Assembly (NCBI GenBank): GCA_038883795.1
Contig: JAVZLK010000001.1
Coordinates: forward strand, 216,131-280,130
Reading direction: 5' to 3'
DNA length: 64,000 nucleotides
Source of the DNA: Candidatus Bathyarchaeia archaeon
Lineage (GTDB): Archaea; Thermoproteota; Bathyarchaeia; Bathyarchaeales; Bathycorpusculaceae
The notes beneath the pieces were generated by a model, which was not told the DNA's origin, ran no database searches, and worked only from the letters and a program-made list of their open reading frames with translations. Numbering within the stretch: the first letter of the stretch is position 1; every line of letters begins with the position of its first letter. This document shows, piece after piece, positions 48,301 through 57,996 of the stretch. The position numbers and the translations under genes are program-made.

Positions 48301-48325
48301 ACAAAAAAGGGGAAGTGAGGGGGCT
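48301..48325 (-). terminator. Pyrimidine/oligo-T tract after the SBP gene
   Basis: Minus strand reads agccccctcacttccccttttttgt just after the stop, consistent with an archaeal T-rich terminator. Confidence 0.45.
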
Positions 48326-48336
48326 TGTTTCGCTGT

Positions 48337-51129
48337 TTACCATTTGCCGAACATTAGGACTACGCCGTAGAGGTCTTTCATGTCGGCTTTGTAGTCGCCG
48401 TTGATGTCGCAGATGCTGTTCCACTTGGGGTGTCCTGGGGATGTTCCGAAGGCTAAGACGCACTCGTAGAGGTCTTTCATGTCCACAGCGCAGTCTGGAT
48501 GCTGCACTCCAGCATTCTTGAAGACTGGCAGCCAGTAAGCGTCTACGGTGGCGATGTCCTCGGTGATTGTGACCCACACGTAGAGGGTCACGTTTATCCA
48601 CCGGTTTAGCCACGGGTTGGCTTGTTGGATGCCGTCGTAGGTCATGTGGTCTGGTCCAACTATTTGCACTGCAACAGTTATGTCGTGGCGGCATTTGGGC
48701 AGCACCTTGCTCACCGTTTCTATTTCTGGAGTGCAGCTGTACAGTGGTATGTTGTGTTCTTCCACTACAGTAATGCCATCTATGTAAACGTATTTGTCGA
48801 CGTATAGGAATCCTCCATTGCTGCAGTTGAGGAAGAGGTTGTGCAAAGTCACTGTGAAGTTGACCTCAATCTCCAATGGTGGTGGCGGGGGTGTTGCAGG
48901 GGCATGTGGTAGCTCAAACTTCACTTTGTAGTCGTCTGCGTGAACATTCACTTCTACTGGGCAATATCTGAAGTAGTCCCTGTTTGCTTCAAGCTCAGCA
49001 CTTCCTCCGGGCGTGCAACTAACCAGTTTCCAAGGACCAGAACCAATCATGTGAACGTCTGGCTGGAACTGGGTTGGGTTACCCTCTTCAATTATTGGCG
49101 CCCAAATGTGCCTTGGAATTATTGGGACAGCGGTGAGAACCCATTGTTCAATCCAGATGCTACCTCTTGTAAATAGCATTTCAATGGTGTATGGGTCAAC
49201 AATGTAACAGTCGATGAAATATTGGACTGCAGGGTACCACCACGGCGGAGGATAGCCCTTCGCCAGCAGTTTTCGGGCACAGACAAATGTGTAGTAAACA
49301 TCGGCTATTGTTACAGGGGTGCCGTCATGCCATTTGATGTCCGGTCTCAAAGTTATTCTAACCAGGGGAGCTAAAGCGTGCATTGTAATGGGCCACCATC
49401 CAGTCTCCCAAGTCTTCACCATCCATGGTATATACTCAGAGGGGTTGTTGGGATTTCGCTTTGCCAATGTGTCATAGATTTTGTCAAGGATTTCATGGTC
49501 CCAGTAATCTTGTGCGTACAATATGTTTAAATAGAGTGGGTAGTAAACGCTTGACCAAGCGTATCGGACAGACATCTCGCCATTGCCGTACATAAAGCCT
49601 TCGGGATGAGCGTTAAAGAAAGTCCACCAACAGTTCGTGCCGAAGCCCTGCTCGTTCACTATTTGCTTCCAGTTCTTACCTTCATAAATATCTTCTGGAC
49701 CCGTTGCATCTCCGTCTCCGAGGTATGTTACCCTCGAGGCTTTGACGCCTAATCTGCTGTACAATGGAATGGCGTGGACCATCTCAGCAAATCTCACCTG
49801 AAAGTCCCAAGTCGACTGGACCGCAGCAGCTAAACTGGGTGCAAACTTGATGCCTTCAGCAAGATCATCGAGAACTGGGTCATTCACGAACATGGTGTTT
49901 GGACACGCAACCTCTGGGCTGTGCCAATGCATACTGCTATGGAACAAATCGTAAAGATAATCCGGTTCAGGACCTATGAAAGTCCAACAAGCTGTGTAAA
50001 ATGTCCCATCTTTTTCTAACATGTAATGCTGATAGCAGGTTCCGCCTCCTCCAAGGTTCAGTGCATAGTCAATGCCTATGTTGCTCATTTGAAGCGCAAG
50101 GTCAATTGCCATAATGTTAATGTCATCTAAATCGGTTCTAACCCACATCTTCACCTTAATGGCTTCGCCTGGATCTTTTTTGCCGTTTGCGTTCTTGTCC
50201 CAGTATCGCTTACCATCCAAGCCTCGTGGAAATGTTATCCAATTACCCCAGAACACTAAGCCAGTGCTGACACAAACTTTGGCTGTTGTAGATTTTACAT
50301 GAAGCATTGAACCCGGCGCATAGCTAATATTCTGACAGTTGGGAACAACTTCCCAAGTTCCATCAGGCTTCAGCTTCTCAACTTCGCCCTCGTAGACATG
50401 AATATATGCTTCCAATTCGACATTGATGTAATTGCTGCTTCCAATCGTTTTATTGCAGTATGGTTCCCATTTTATTCCAGGATATGCTAGCATCCTACAA
50501 GCATTCTCATAGCTATACAAATAGCATAGGGCTTCTAGGGCTCCGCCTGGTTTGATGTCTGTGTTAACCCATCCTATGGGTTCCATGTAACTTGGCACCG
50601 GCGTATATATGACTAGACCTAATTGAGGAACAAGGGCTCTGTTAGTCAAGTACGCAAGCGCCCTTCTGAACCACACGTTAGAGCAGGGGTTCCAGCTTCC
50701 AGGCTCAGGATAACCATACAATGGGTTGGGGTAGGGCTGACCAGTATCGGGGTTTTTTGGTGTTCCCGGTGGATTGCCAAGATAGGTGTTGTTGTTGTGG
50801 TTCAAGTCGAAAAGGAAGAAGCCTGCCTCCCCGTTATATGGCACTTTCTTTACGATTCCATAGTATTGCGGCTTGTTAAACTGGTCATACCAATTCTTGT
50901 TCAAAGGCCAATCTGTAATGTCAGTTTCATTATTGGCTAAGGCTAGCCACATAGCATCCTGATCATGAAACATCTGTATCTTGATCTTGTCAAGCCTAGG
51001 ACCAAACATCTCAAAATTCTCGTCAAACGTTGTACCCGGTCCAGGAGTAACCCAAGCACCCACTGGAACAACCAACAACACCAGCATTAGAACAGATAGA
51101 GCAAGCATCGTAAAGCTTTTCCTACCCAT
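48337..51129 (-). CDS. ABC transporter solute-binding protein (family 5, DppA/OppA-like) with C-terminal Ig-like and dockerin-like domains
   Basis: Signal peptide; FRRALAYL, LR.DIKWHDG.PVT..DV..T, IGSGPW; C-terminal duplicated DMKDLY...FG with CDINGD. Confidence 0.85.
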   Translation of the reverse strand: MGRKSFTMLALSVLMLVLLVVPVGAWVTPGPGTTFDENFEMFGPRLDKIKIQMFHDQDAMWLALANNETDITDWPLNKNWYDQFNKPQYYGIVKKVPYNGEAGFFLFDLNHNNNTYLGNPPGTPKNPDTGQPYPNPLYGYPEPGSWNPCSNVWFRRALAYLTNRALVPQLGLVIYTPVPSYMEPIGWVNTDIKPGGALEALCYLYSYENACRMLAYPGIKWEPYCNKTIGSSNYINVELEAYIHVYEGEVEKLKPDGTWEVVPNCQNISYAPGSMLHVKSTTAKVCVSTGLVFWGNWITFPRGLDGKRYWDKNANGKKDPGEAIKVKMWVRTDLDDINIMAIDLALQMSNIGIDYALNLGGGGTCYQHYMLEKDGTFYTACWTFIGPEPDYLYDLFHSSMHWHSPEVACPNTMFVNDPVLDDLAEGIKFAPSLAAAVQSTWDFQVRFAEMVHAIPLYSRLGVKASRVTYLGDGDATGPEDIYEGKNWKQIVNEQGFGTNCWWTFFNAHPEGFMYGNGEMSVRYAWSSVYYPLYLNILYAQDYWDHEILDKIYDTLAKRNPNNPSEYIPWMVKTWETGWWPITMHALAPLVRITLRPDIKWHDGTPVTIADVYYTFVCARKLLAKGYPPPWWYPAVQYFIDCYIVDPYTIEMLFTRGSIWIEQWVLTAVPIIPRHIWAPIIEEGNPTQFQPDVHMIGSGPWKLVSCTPGGSAELEANRDYFRYCPVEVNVHADDYKVKFELPHAPATPPPPPLEIEVNFTVTLHNLFLNCSNGGFLYVDKYVYIDGITVVEEHNIPLYSCTPEIETVSKVLPKCRHDITVAVQIVGPDHMTYDGIQQANPWLNRWINVTLYVWVTITEDIATVDAYWLPVFKNAGVQHPDCAVDMKDLYECVLAFGTSPGHPKWNSICDINGDYKADMKDLYGVVLMFGKW
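48366..48483. repeat. 19-bp direct repeat cgtagaggtctttcatgtc (48366 and 48465) encoding the duplicated dockerin helix DMKDLY
   Basis: Exact copies 99 bp apart. Confidence 0.85.
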
Positions 51130-51481
51130 ATTATTTTTACCTCCAACTTTCAAAAGAGGTCAATCCTTAGAGAATTGGTTCATTCGACTTCCTGCCGGAA
51201 ATCTTCGCCTTCAAAAAGGATTTCCCTTCTTTCAATACATAGACAGTCTCATAGTTTCATTTTTAAAACTTATGGTAAAAAGTTTCACAAGTGCACCAGC
51301 CTATTGTCGCCTTTTTCATGCTCCAGCTTACGCCTTCCAATTCAAAATAATTCCGCAATATAAATAAAATCGGAACCTTCGGAACGAAAAATAAAGATAA
51401 AAATAAAAAAAGAAGGCAAAGTTTAAAATGTTCTGAGTATTTAGAAGTGTTCACAAATCCAAACAATAACGAGGGAAAAAA

Positions 51482-53587
51482 TTGCTGAACCTCTCACTCA
51501 AAAAAATTAAATCTTTAACAATTTTGTTCTTAATCCTAACTTCAGCAATCGCAATCATTTCATTTACGCCAAGAGTGAAGGCCGAAGTAACAATTTCCAT
51601 AGAACCAACTCATGGATATGTTGGCGCAAACGTTACCATAACAGCTAATATAACAACTTCTGATGGGCAATATGAAATTTTGTTTGATGGAAACAGTATA
51701 TTAAGCGGCACCGCGACCGGAACTAGTGTTTATACGTCAATTATTATTCCTCCAGCACCCGCCGGAAGCCACAATATAACAATAGTTGACGTGGAATCTG
51801 AAGCTAAGGAAAATGCCACAGCAACATTTGAGATTTTAACCGCCTATCTCCTTGAGGTAACACCACTTCCGTTTCCAACGCAACAGCGACAAGAAGGCGA
51901 CTCTGCAGAATTTCTTGTGAACATAACTGGGGGAAAGTCGAATGAGCCTTATGTTGCAAACATTACAGTGCAAACCCCAACCAATACATCTTACACAAAA
52001 ATGTTTGACATTCTCACATCAGACATTGGAAGCGTTGGCACAACCATAAAGTACCCAGACGATTTTCGAGATGTTTCGCCAAACGCTAACACGAACTTTA
52101 CTGGAGAGTACAAAGTTTTCTTCAACGAAACGTTAGCAACAGCAAGCTTCACTGTAGGCTTAACAAACTCTACAGAATATCACAGATTCCAAATAGTAGA
52201 CATAAAGGCTTCTGGTTATCAACCAGAAGAAAACGTGACTCTCACAATAACAGGAGAAAATCTGTATTATTCGGTGAGTTTAAATGCCAGCACTGAAGGT
52301 GTGATTCATTATGTGAACTGGTCTGTTCCTTCAAACGCAAGGATTGGCACTTACACGGTTAACATTACTTCTACATTAAACGTGACAGTAAAAACTCCAC
52401 CAGACGTTCAAAATTTTACAGTTCCAGGGTTTGATGTTAACATTACTGCGAGGAACCTTGCAGAAGAACCCGTGCCAGAAGTGGCTATTCAAATTTTTGA
52501 GAATGAGAGTTCTGTTGTTAATGCCACGAGCGGTTCGGATGGTTTTGCAAGTGTAAAACTTGAGATTGGAAATTATACTGCTAACGGTTATTTCAGAGAG
52601 AAAAAAGTTGGTGAGACATGGGTGAATGTTACCGAATCCTCTTTATCCTTTGATATCACCTGCAACCTCACTAACTTGAAGGTTTCAGTTTTGGCGGTTG
52701 TGGATGGAAATGAATTTCTTGTGCCTGAGGTGAGGTTAAGCCTATCGCCAGAAAATTTGACTTCAACTCCAAACTTGAACACAAACATTACAGGAGCAGC
52801 TATTTTTCACCATTTACTGCCCAACGAAACTTACACTTTAAATGCTTCAAGATATGACATGCAGTTTAACACAACAACGCTTTATGGGTTACTTCTGGAT
52901 GGAAATCCAATAGCGTGGTTTAACCTGACAATATTATGCCCACCTTGTAAGTTACAGGTTAACGTAACTAACCCCAATGCGAATGACCAACCAATCAGTA
53001 ACGCTCTAGTGAAAAGTCAAGAAATTATGGGTGGATTAAATTTTGAAAACACCACAACCACCGATGGAACCGTAATTTTCAGCAGTCCTCTTGGCAAATA
53101 TATTGTGGAAGTTTATGTTAGCGGAATAAAAATCAACGAAACCTTTGTGTTCTTGAATGAAAGTTTTATCAACCTACCTATCAGCTGCAAATTTTACGGT
53201 TTAAACATAAAAATTCAAGTTGTTGACTATTTTGGACAGCCAATTCCAAATGCGAATGTAACGTTATCACTTGATGGTCTAAAACGGTGGAATCTGGCAA
53301 AGTCTGATGGTATAGCAGAGTTTTTGGACGCTATTGGTGGAGACTTGCAAGTGGCAGTTTATTTGCCTGGTAAGGTGGAACCATATTTAGTATCGCCCTT
53401 ACACGTGGACAGTTCAAAGACTATTCAAATTAAGATTGAAAGGTATACGATTCTTGCTGGCTTTCTTGTGGAAACAAGTCATTTAGTTACATCAATAATA
53501 ATTGTGGTTAGCATAATTGTGATTCTTTCCTTAGAAATTTACAGAAGAAAACGCCTTAAACCAAAAACAAGCAAAAGTGAGAGTTGA
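51482..53587 (+). CDS. Large secreted, membrane-anchored glycoprotein with carboxypeptidase-regulatory-like/Ig-like repeats
   Basis: Signal peptide ending VKA; very many N-x-S/T sequons; repeats such as VVDYFGQPIPNANV; C-terminal TM plus RRKR. Confidence 0.8.
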   Translation: MLNLSLKKIKSLTILFLILTSAIAIISFTPRVKAEVTISIEPTHGYVGANVTITANITTSDGQYEILFDGNSILSGTATGTSVYTSIIIPPAPAGSHNITIVDVESEAKENATATFEILTAYLLEVTPLPFPTQQRQEGDSAEFLVNITGGKSNEPYVANITVQTPTNTSYTKMFDILTSDIGSVGTTIKYPDDFRDVSPNANTNFTGEYKVFFNETLATASFTVGLTNSTEYHRFQIVDIKASGYQPEENVTLTITGENLYYSVSLNASTEGVIHYVNWSVPSNARIGTYTVNITSTLNVTVKTPPDVQNFTVPGFDVNITARNLAEEPVPEVAIQIFENESSVVNATSGSDGFASVKLEIGNYTANGYFREKKVGETWVNVTESSLSFDITCNLTNLKVSVLAVVDGNEFLVPEVRLSLSPENLTSTPNLNTNITGAAIFHHLLPNETYTLNASRYDMQFNTTTLYGLLLDGNPIAWFNLTILCPPCKLQVNVTNPNANDQPISNALVKSQEIMGGLNFENTTTTDGTVIFSSPLGKYIVEVYVSGIKINETFVFLNESFINLPISCKFYGLNIKIQVVDYFGQPIPNANVTLSLDGLKRWNLAKSDGIAEFLDAIGGDLQVAVYLPGKVEPYLVSPLHVDSSKTIQIKIERYTILAGFLVETSHLVTSIIIVVSIIVILSLEIYRRKRLKPKTSKSES

Positions 53588-53692
53588 AATAAAGAGTTTG
53601 TGGGAAAAAAGTTTATATCCGCTCTTGCAGAAACCTAATTGTAGAGAGAAATAGTTGAACAATGTAAAATTTTAATATGAAAACTAAAGGTT

Positions 53693-53989
53693 GTGCGTGT
53701 ATTGGCTCAAGTGAAAACTTGTTCTCCAACATGTCAATCCTTTAAGTGTGCGAAAAATGCTGCAATATACCGTCGAGACGGCGTATGGTGTAGATGGACC
53801 GAAGAAATATGCAACGTCGCAAACTGTACATATGCCCTCTGTGTCAAAAGACGACTTCTCCCTAAGGGAATCTGCGGAGAAACTATAAAGAGAAAAACTG
53901 TTGAAAAGCAGCCAGAAGAAGTTATTGGTCCAACGATAAAACTTCGTGGAAGGGCTCTTCGTAAAATCGGAGAAAAAGAAGTTTTCTAA
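53693..53989 (+). CDS. Small Cys-rich hypothetical protein (putative metal-binding)
   Basis: Several Cys in the N-terminal 65 aa (CSPTC..FKC...WC.W....C....C.YA.C....LP.G.C); basic tail. Confidence 0.7.
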   Translation: MRVLAQVKTCSPTCQSFKCAKNAAIYRRDGVWCRWTEEICNVANCTYALCVKRRLLPKGICGETIKRKTVEKQPEEVIGPTIKLRGRALRKIGEKEVF

Positions 53990-54053
53990 AATTCACAAAC
54001 CCCAATCACAATAAAAATATGCGCTTTGCATTGGTTGGGTAGTTTACTTTATT

Positions 54054-54218
54054 TTATCTTGCTTTAACACGTTTAACAACTGGTGGTTTAATTTTCTTCA
54101 GAATTCTATAACCACACACTGTACATTTTATTTCTCCACCGCGGAGTTCCAACTCTTCGGAAGGAACCTTTGCTCCGCACCTAACGCATTCGTAAACAAT
54201 TCCGCTAGGCTTTTCCAA
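54054..54218 (-). CDS. rpoP: RNA polymerase subunit P (Rpo12)
   Basis: YECVRCG...IKCTVCGYRIL.K.KPP..KRVKAR; TTG start after GGAGG. Confidence 0.93.
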   Translation of the reverse strand: MEKPSGIVYECVRCGAKVPSEELELRGGEIKCTVCGYRILKKIKPPVVKRVKAR

Positions 54219-54303
54219 ACGCGTCCCTCCCTCTATAACGGAATCCATTTGCTTTTAAACATTTCCAGACACTATTTATTTTCAGAAGGAAGAAGGACAG
54301 AAA

Positions 54304-55152
54304 TTGAGAAGGCGTTTAAGAAAAATCCTTTCAGAAGTTCTTTCGAAGAATGAGTTGGTTTATGTTTACAATTCTTACGACATTATCGGAGACATAGCCA
54401 TTCTCCGTTTAACTGACAAGGCAATGAAATATAGCAAAATCATTGCTGAAACCATCATGAGTGTTCACAAAAGTGTTAAGACAGTTTTGGCGCAAACTGG
54501 CCCGGTCTGTGGCGATTTTAGAATTCGCAAGTTGGCGTATATTACTGGTGAAAATAAAACTGCCACTTTGCATAGGGAGTCTGAATGTTTATTTCGTGTA
54601 GATGTTGAGAAGTGCTATTTTTCGCCGAGGCTTTTCTATGAGAGGATGCGAATTGCAAGACAAGTCAAAGATGGAGAAGTGGTTGTGAACATGTTTGCTG
54701 GCGTTGGCTGTTTTTCCATAGTTATGGCTAAGCACTCTAATGTTGGGAAAGTGTATTCAATTGATGTTAACCCAGCGGCTTTCCAGTGCATGCAAGAAAA
54801 TGTTAGGCTAAACAGAGTTTATGGGAAAGTTATACCCTTGCTTGGCGATGCAAAAGAAATCATTAAAGAAAAATTATGTCATGTGGCGGATAGGGTTCTG
54901 ATGCCTTTGCCTGAAAAAGCCCTTGAATATTTGCCTTACGCCTTGTTAGCTCTTAAAAAGACTGGGTTAATACACTATTACGATTTTGTGCATGCACGGA
55001 AAGGCGAAAACCCTATCGAAAAGGTTAAGCAAAAAGTGGCTGAAAAACTCAAGAATCTGGATGTGGCGTTTGATTTTGTTTTTGGACGAGTTGTCCGCTC
55101 AACTGGTCCAAACTGGTATCAAATAGCCTTAGACATAGCCATTAAACGGTAA
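54304..55152 (+). CDS. Trm5/Taw2 (Met-10+) family tRNA G37 methyltransferase
   Basis: YDIIGDIAI, YFSPRL..ER.R, NMFAGVG.FSI, DRVLMPLP. Confidence 0.88.
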   Translation: MRRRLRKILSEVLSKNELVYVYNSYDIIGDIAILRLTDKAMKYSKIIAETIMSVHKSVKTVLAQTGPVCGDFRIRKLAYITGENKTATLHRESECLFRVDVEKCYFSPRLFYERMRIARQVKDGEVVVNMFAGVGCFSIVMAKHSNVGKVYSIDVNPAAFQCMQENVRLNRVYGKVIPLLGDAKEIIKEKLCHVADRVLMPLPEKALEYLPYALLALKKTGLIHYYDFVHARKGENPIEKVKQKVAEKLKNLDVAFDFVFGRVVRSTGPNWYQIALDIAIKR

Positions 55153-55204
55153 ACTGCAAATTTAATAAAGACATACTTCTAACTTTGTTAGAGAGGGTGC
55201 ATAA

Positions 55205-55483
55205 ATGAAGCGTAAGTTGATGGAGATATTGGCTTGCCCAATAGACAAGCATCATCCACTTGAATTGTTGGTTTTTGAGGAGAAAGAGGAAATAGTTGAA
55301 GGATTGATTATTTGTCCTCAATGCCTAAGATGGTATCCCATAAGGGATGAGATTCCAGAAATGCTTCCAGACGAACTGCGAAAGGAAAATGAGGACTTGC
55401 CGTTTCTTAAAAAATGGAAGGAAAAAATTCCAGAAAAAATATTGCATGAAGGAAAACCATTCAACCTAAAAAGCAAAACATAA
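55205..55483 (+). CDS. trm112: Trm112 methyltransferase activator
   Basis: LMEILACPIDK..PL.L, G...C..C.RWYPI.DEIP.MLP. Confidence 0.92.
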   Translation: MKRKLMEILACPIDKHHPLELLVFEEKEEIVEGLIICPQCLRWYPIRDEIPEMLPDELRKENEDLPFLKKWKEKIPEKILHEGKPFNLKSKT

Positions 55484-55594
55484 AAGAAGACTCCTTGATC
55501 TCGAATTTGTTTCAGCTTATAACAGAAAACAGAGAGGATAGGCTGCTATTGGACTGCCGAAAATCCAATAAATGTTTGATTTTGTCCTGAAATC

Positions 55595-56545
55595 CTAGCG
55601 TTTCAGTTTTACAACTTTGCCGGTCGCTGAAGATTTTAGTGCTGCTTCAGCTATTATTAATGCCTTTAACCCATCCATCCCGGTTATTAAGGGCTTTTCC
55701 TTCCCCAATATGCAATTTGCAAAATGTTGAAGCTCAAGCTTTAATGGTTCTTGCCACGGATATCTTGGCTGCACAGTCTCCTTCACACTTTCAATAGTTA
55801 ATTCTTGTGTTATGTAATCAAGTTTCATTATGCCCTCGCTTCCAGTGACAACAAGTGTTCTGGTTCTGTATGGTGTCAGCCAATTTGATTCGATGAAAGC
55901 GCTTTTTCCACCGTCAAAAGTCAGCATTATTTGGGCGTAATCCTCAAATTTTTTGTGCATCATGCTTCCGGCTTTGGCGTAAACAGCAACTGGGTCTTCG
56001 TTGAAGAGATAACGCACTATGTCTATGTCATGTATGGCGGTATCCTTAACAACCCCAACATCGCCTATTCTCTCTGGCCATTGGGAAACTCTTTTTGCTG
56101 TAGCGCACACCACTTCGCCTAGTGTTTTGGTTTCAATTGCCTTTTTAATATGTTGTAATCCTGGAATGAACCTCATTAAGAAACCTACCATGACGAGTAG
56201 CTCTTCTTTATCGGCTGTTTTTAGCAATTTTTCTGCCTGTTTTACGTTTGCTGCCATAGGTTTTTCAACCAAAACGTGCTTTCCAGCTTTTAATGCTTTT
56301 GTGGCTTCTTTTGCGAGGCTTGTGGACCATGTGCATATGCTAACGGCTTCGATGTCTTCTCTTTTCAACATTTTTCCAGAACTTGTGTAGGGTGTTACAT
56401 TGAATTGTTTAGCTACCGTTTTGGCCTTTTCGGCATTTATGTCGCAGACGGCTAGAAGCTCTGTTTCGTTTAATTCCTTGTAAATTCTTGCGTGGTTTCT
56501 TCCCCAAAACCCCGTTCCAATAACTGCAACACCCAACTTTTTCAT
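55595..56545 (-). CDS. Gfo/Idh/MocA oxidoreductase (UDP-sugar 3-dehydrogenase-like)
   Basis: VIGTGFWG..HAR, VLVEKPMA, GF..RF.P, DVGVVKDTAIHDID. Confidence 0.9.
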   Translation of the reverse strand: MKKLGVAVIGTGFWGRNHARIYKELNETELLAVCDINAEKAKTVAKQFNVTPYTSSGKMLKREDIEAVSICTWSTSLAKEATKALKAGKHVLVEKPMAANVKQAEKLLKTADKEELLVMVGFLMRFIPGLQHIKKAIETKTLGEVVCATAKRVSQWPERIGDVGVVKDTAIHDIDIVRYLFNEDPVAVYAKAGSMMHKKFEDYAQIMLTFDGGKSAFIESNWLTPYRTRTLVVTGSEGIMKLDYITQELTIESVKETVQPRYPWQEPLKLELQHFANCILGKEKPLITGMDGLKALIIAEAALKSSATGKVVKLKR

Positions 56546-57924
56546 TTCGTCCAAACTCCTCTGCCTAAACCGCGATATATGAAACCTTCCCTTTCAACTT
56601 TATAGGGCTCAACTATTCCTTCAAAATCCACGATAGCGGCTGGCATTTTCGTCATGAGCTTCAATTTTTTAAAATTTAAATGCTTAAACTGTTCATGCCT
56701 TGTTATTATCAATATGCAATCTGTGGCTTCTAAAGTTTCAGTTAAATTTTTATTATAATAATGCTGCATCTCCGCCAACTCTTCACCAGAAAAATATGGG
56801 TCGTAAATATTAACTTTGGCACCTCTAGCTTCTAAAATTTTAACAAGTTCTTTTACCAACTTTTTTGGAGGACTTTTTGCATTTGGCGTTTGTGCAATTC
56901 CAAGAAGAGAAACTTTCGCTCTTCTTAAGGTTTTTCCACAGTTTCTCAAGGCGTCTTTTGTCAAATTAATTGCATGTTTAATTATTTCCTCATTTATTTC
57001 TCTGGCAGCAGTGGGCATTCTAAGCTTCAAGTCAAAATTTTCGGTGCCTTCCAAAAATAGGTAAGATTTTTCTGCAGTTTTTTCAGCGATAAAAGTGGTA
57101 GGTAATGGCAGTTCAGAACAACCCAAAGCCCTTGCAAGTTGATAACTTTCAAGGTAATCTACACAAGCCCTTTCACAGAAAAGAGCAAATTCGGTAGCAA
57201 GGGCAACGTTTACGTCATTTTGTACGGCTTCAAAAAGGATTGCTGCCTCTGCAATTTTTATGTTTCCAAGTTTTTTAACAACATTTTTTGTAATTGTCTC
57301 CAAAATTGCGGAAGCTGCCTCTAAGCTTTTTTTGTCCAATGCCGCAACAATCCTATTTTGAAATGTTAAAGTTTCCCATGGTTGCTGGTCAAAAATCGGA
57401 GCAGGACTATAAGCAAGTCCAAAATCTACTCCAACCTTAAATCCTGAAGTATTTTCTAAAATCTCTTTAACTAAGCCTTCTGTAGCACCAACTCCCATTG
57501 TGCTTGCAATAATAGCTAAGGAGCCTCGGCGGAGATTTGACCCAATTTTTTTGCAAACGTTTTCAACATTTGAGTAGTCGGGTTTTTTCTTTTCATTAAT
57601 TTCAACGGGTGTTGTTATGATGATAAAATCGCTTTGAGAGACAGCGGTTTTAAGGTCGGTTGTGGCGCTTAAAATTCCCATTTTCACATAATTTTTTAAT
57701 TTAAATTCAATTTCCCGTTTTAAAAAAGGAACTTTTCCCCTTAAAAGATCGTTCACTATGGCTTGGTCCGCGTCCACAAAAATAACTTTGAATCCGGCGT
57801 GGGCGAAACTGCAGACATGAAATATGCCGTTTTCGCTATAACCTATAATGCTAACTAAGTATTTTTCACGCTTTTCCGGCGTGTCAACCTCTTCCTTTAT
57901 TATATTCAATGCTCTGGATGACAT
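56542..57924 (-). CDS. UDP-glucose/GDP-mannose dehydrogenase family protein with degenerate catalytic motifs
   Basis: Three-domain layout recognisable (GFKVG.DFGLAYSP, DVN.AL, YDP...TRH..F, YRGLG) but the catalytic residues are missing. Confidence 0.82.
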   Translation of the reverse strand: MSSRALNIIKEEVDTPEKREKYLVSIIGYSENGIFHVCSFAHAGFKVIFVDADQAIVNDLLRGKVPFLKREIEFKLKNYVKMGILSATTDLKTAVSQSDFIIITTPVEINEKKKPDYSNVENVCKKIGSNLRRGSLAIIASTMGVGATEGLVKEILENTSGFKVGVDFGLAYSPAPIFDQQPWETLTFQNRIVAALDKKSLEAASAILETITKNVVKKLGNIKIAEAAILFEAVQNDVNVALATEFALFCERACVDYLESYQLARALGCSELPLPTTFIAEKTAEKSYLFLEGTENFDLKLRMPTAAREINEEIIKHAINLTKDALRNCGKTLRRAKVSLLGIAQTPNAKSPPKKLVKELVKILEARGAKVNIYDPYFSGEELAEMQHYYNKNLTETLEATDCILIITRHEQFKHLNFKKLKLMTKMPAAIVDFEGIVEPYKVEREGFIYRGLGRGVWTK

Positions 57925-57996
57925 GCTAATGCTCTCCTCCAGCTTAGTTATGAGAAACTGTGTTAACTTTTAAGCTGTTTCCAGTCCTTTTAAGTT

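Noticed and set aside
48366-48483. 19-bp direct repeat considered as a CRISPR remnant or a DGR template/variable pair
   Set aside because: There are only two copies, in frame, explained by dockerin duplication; no cas or reverse transcriptase gene and no adenine-specific mismatch pattern
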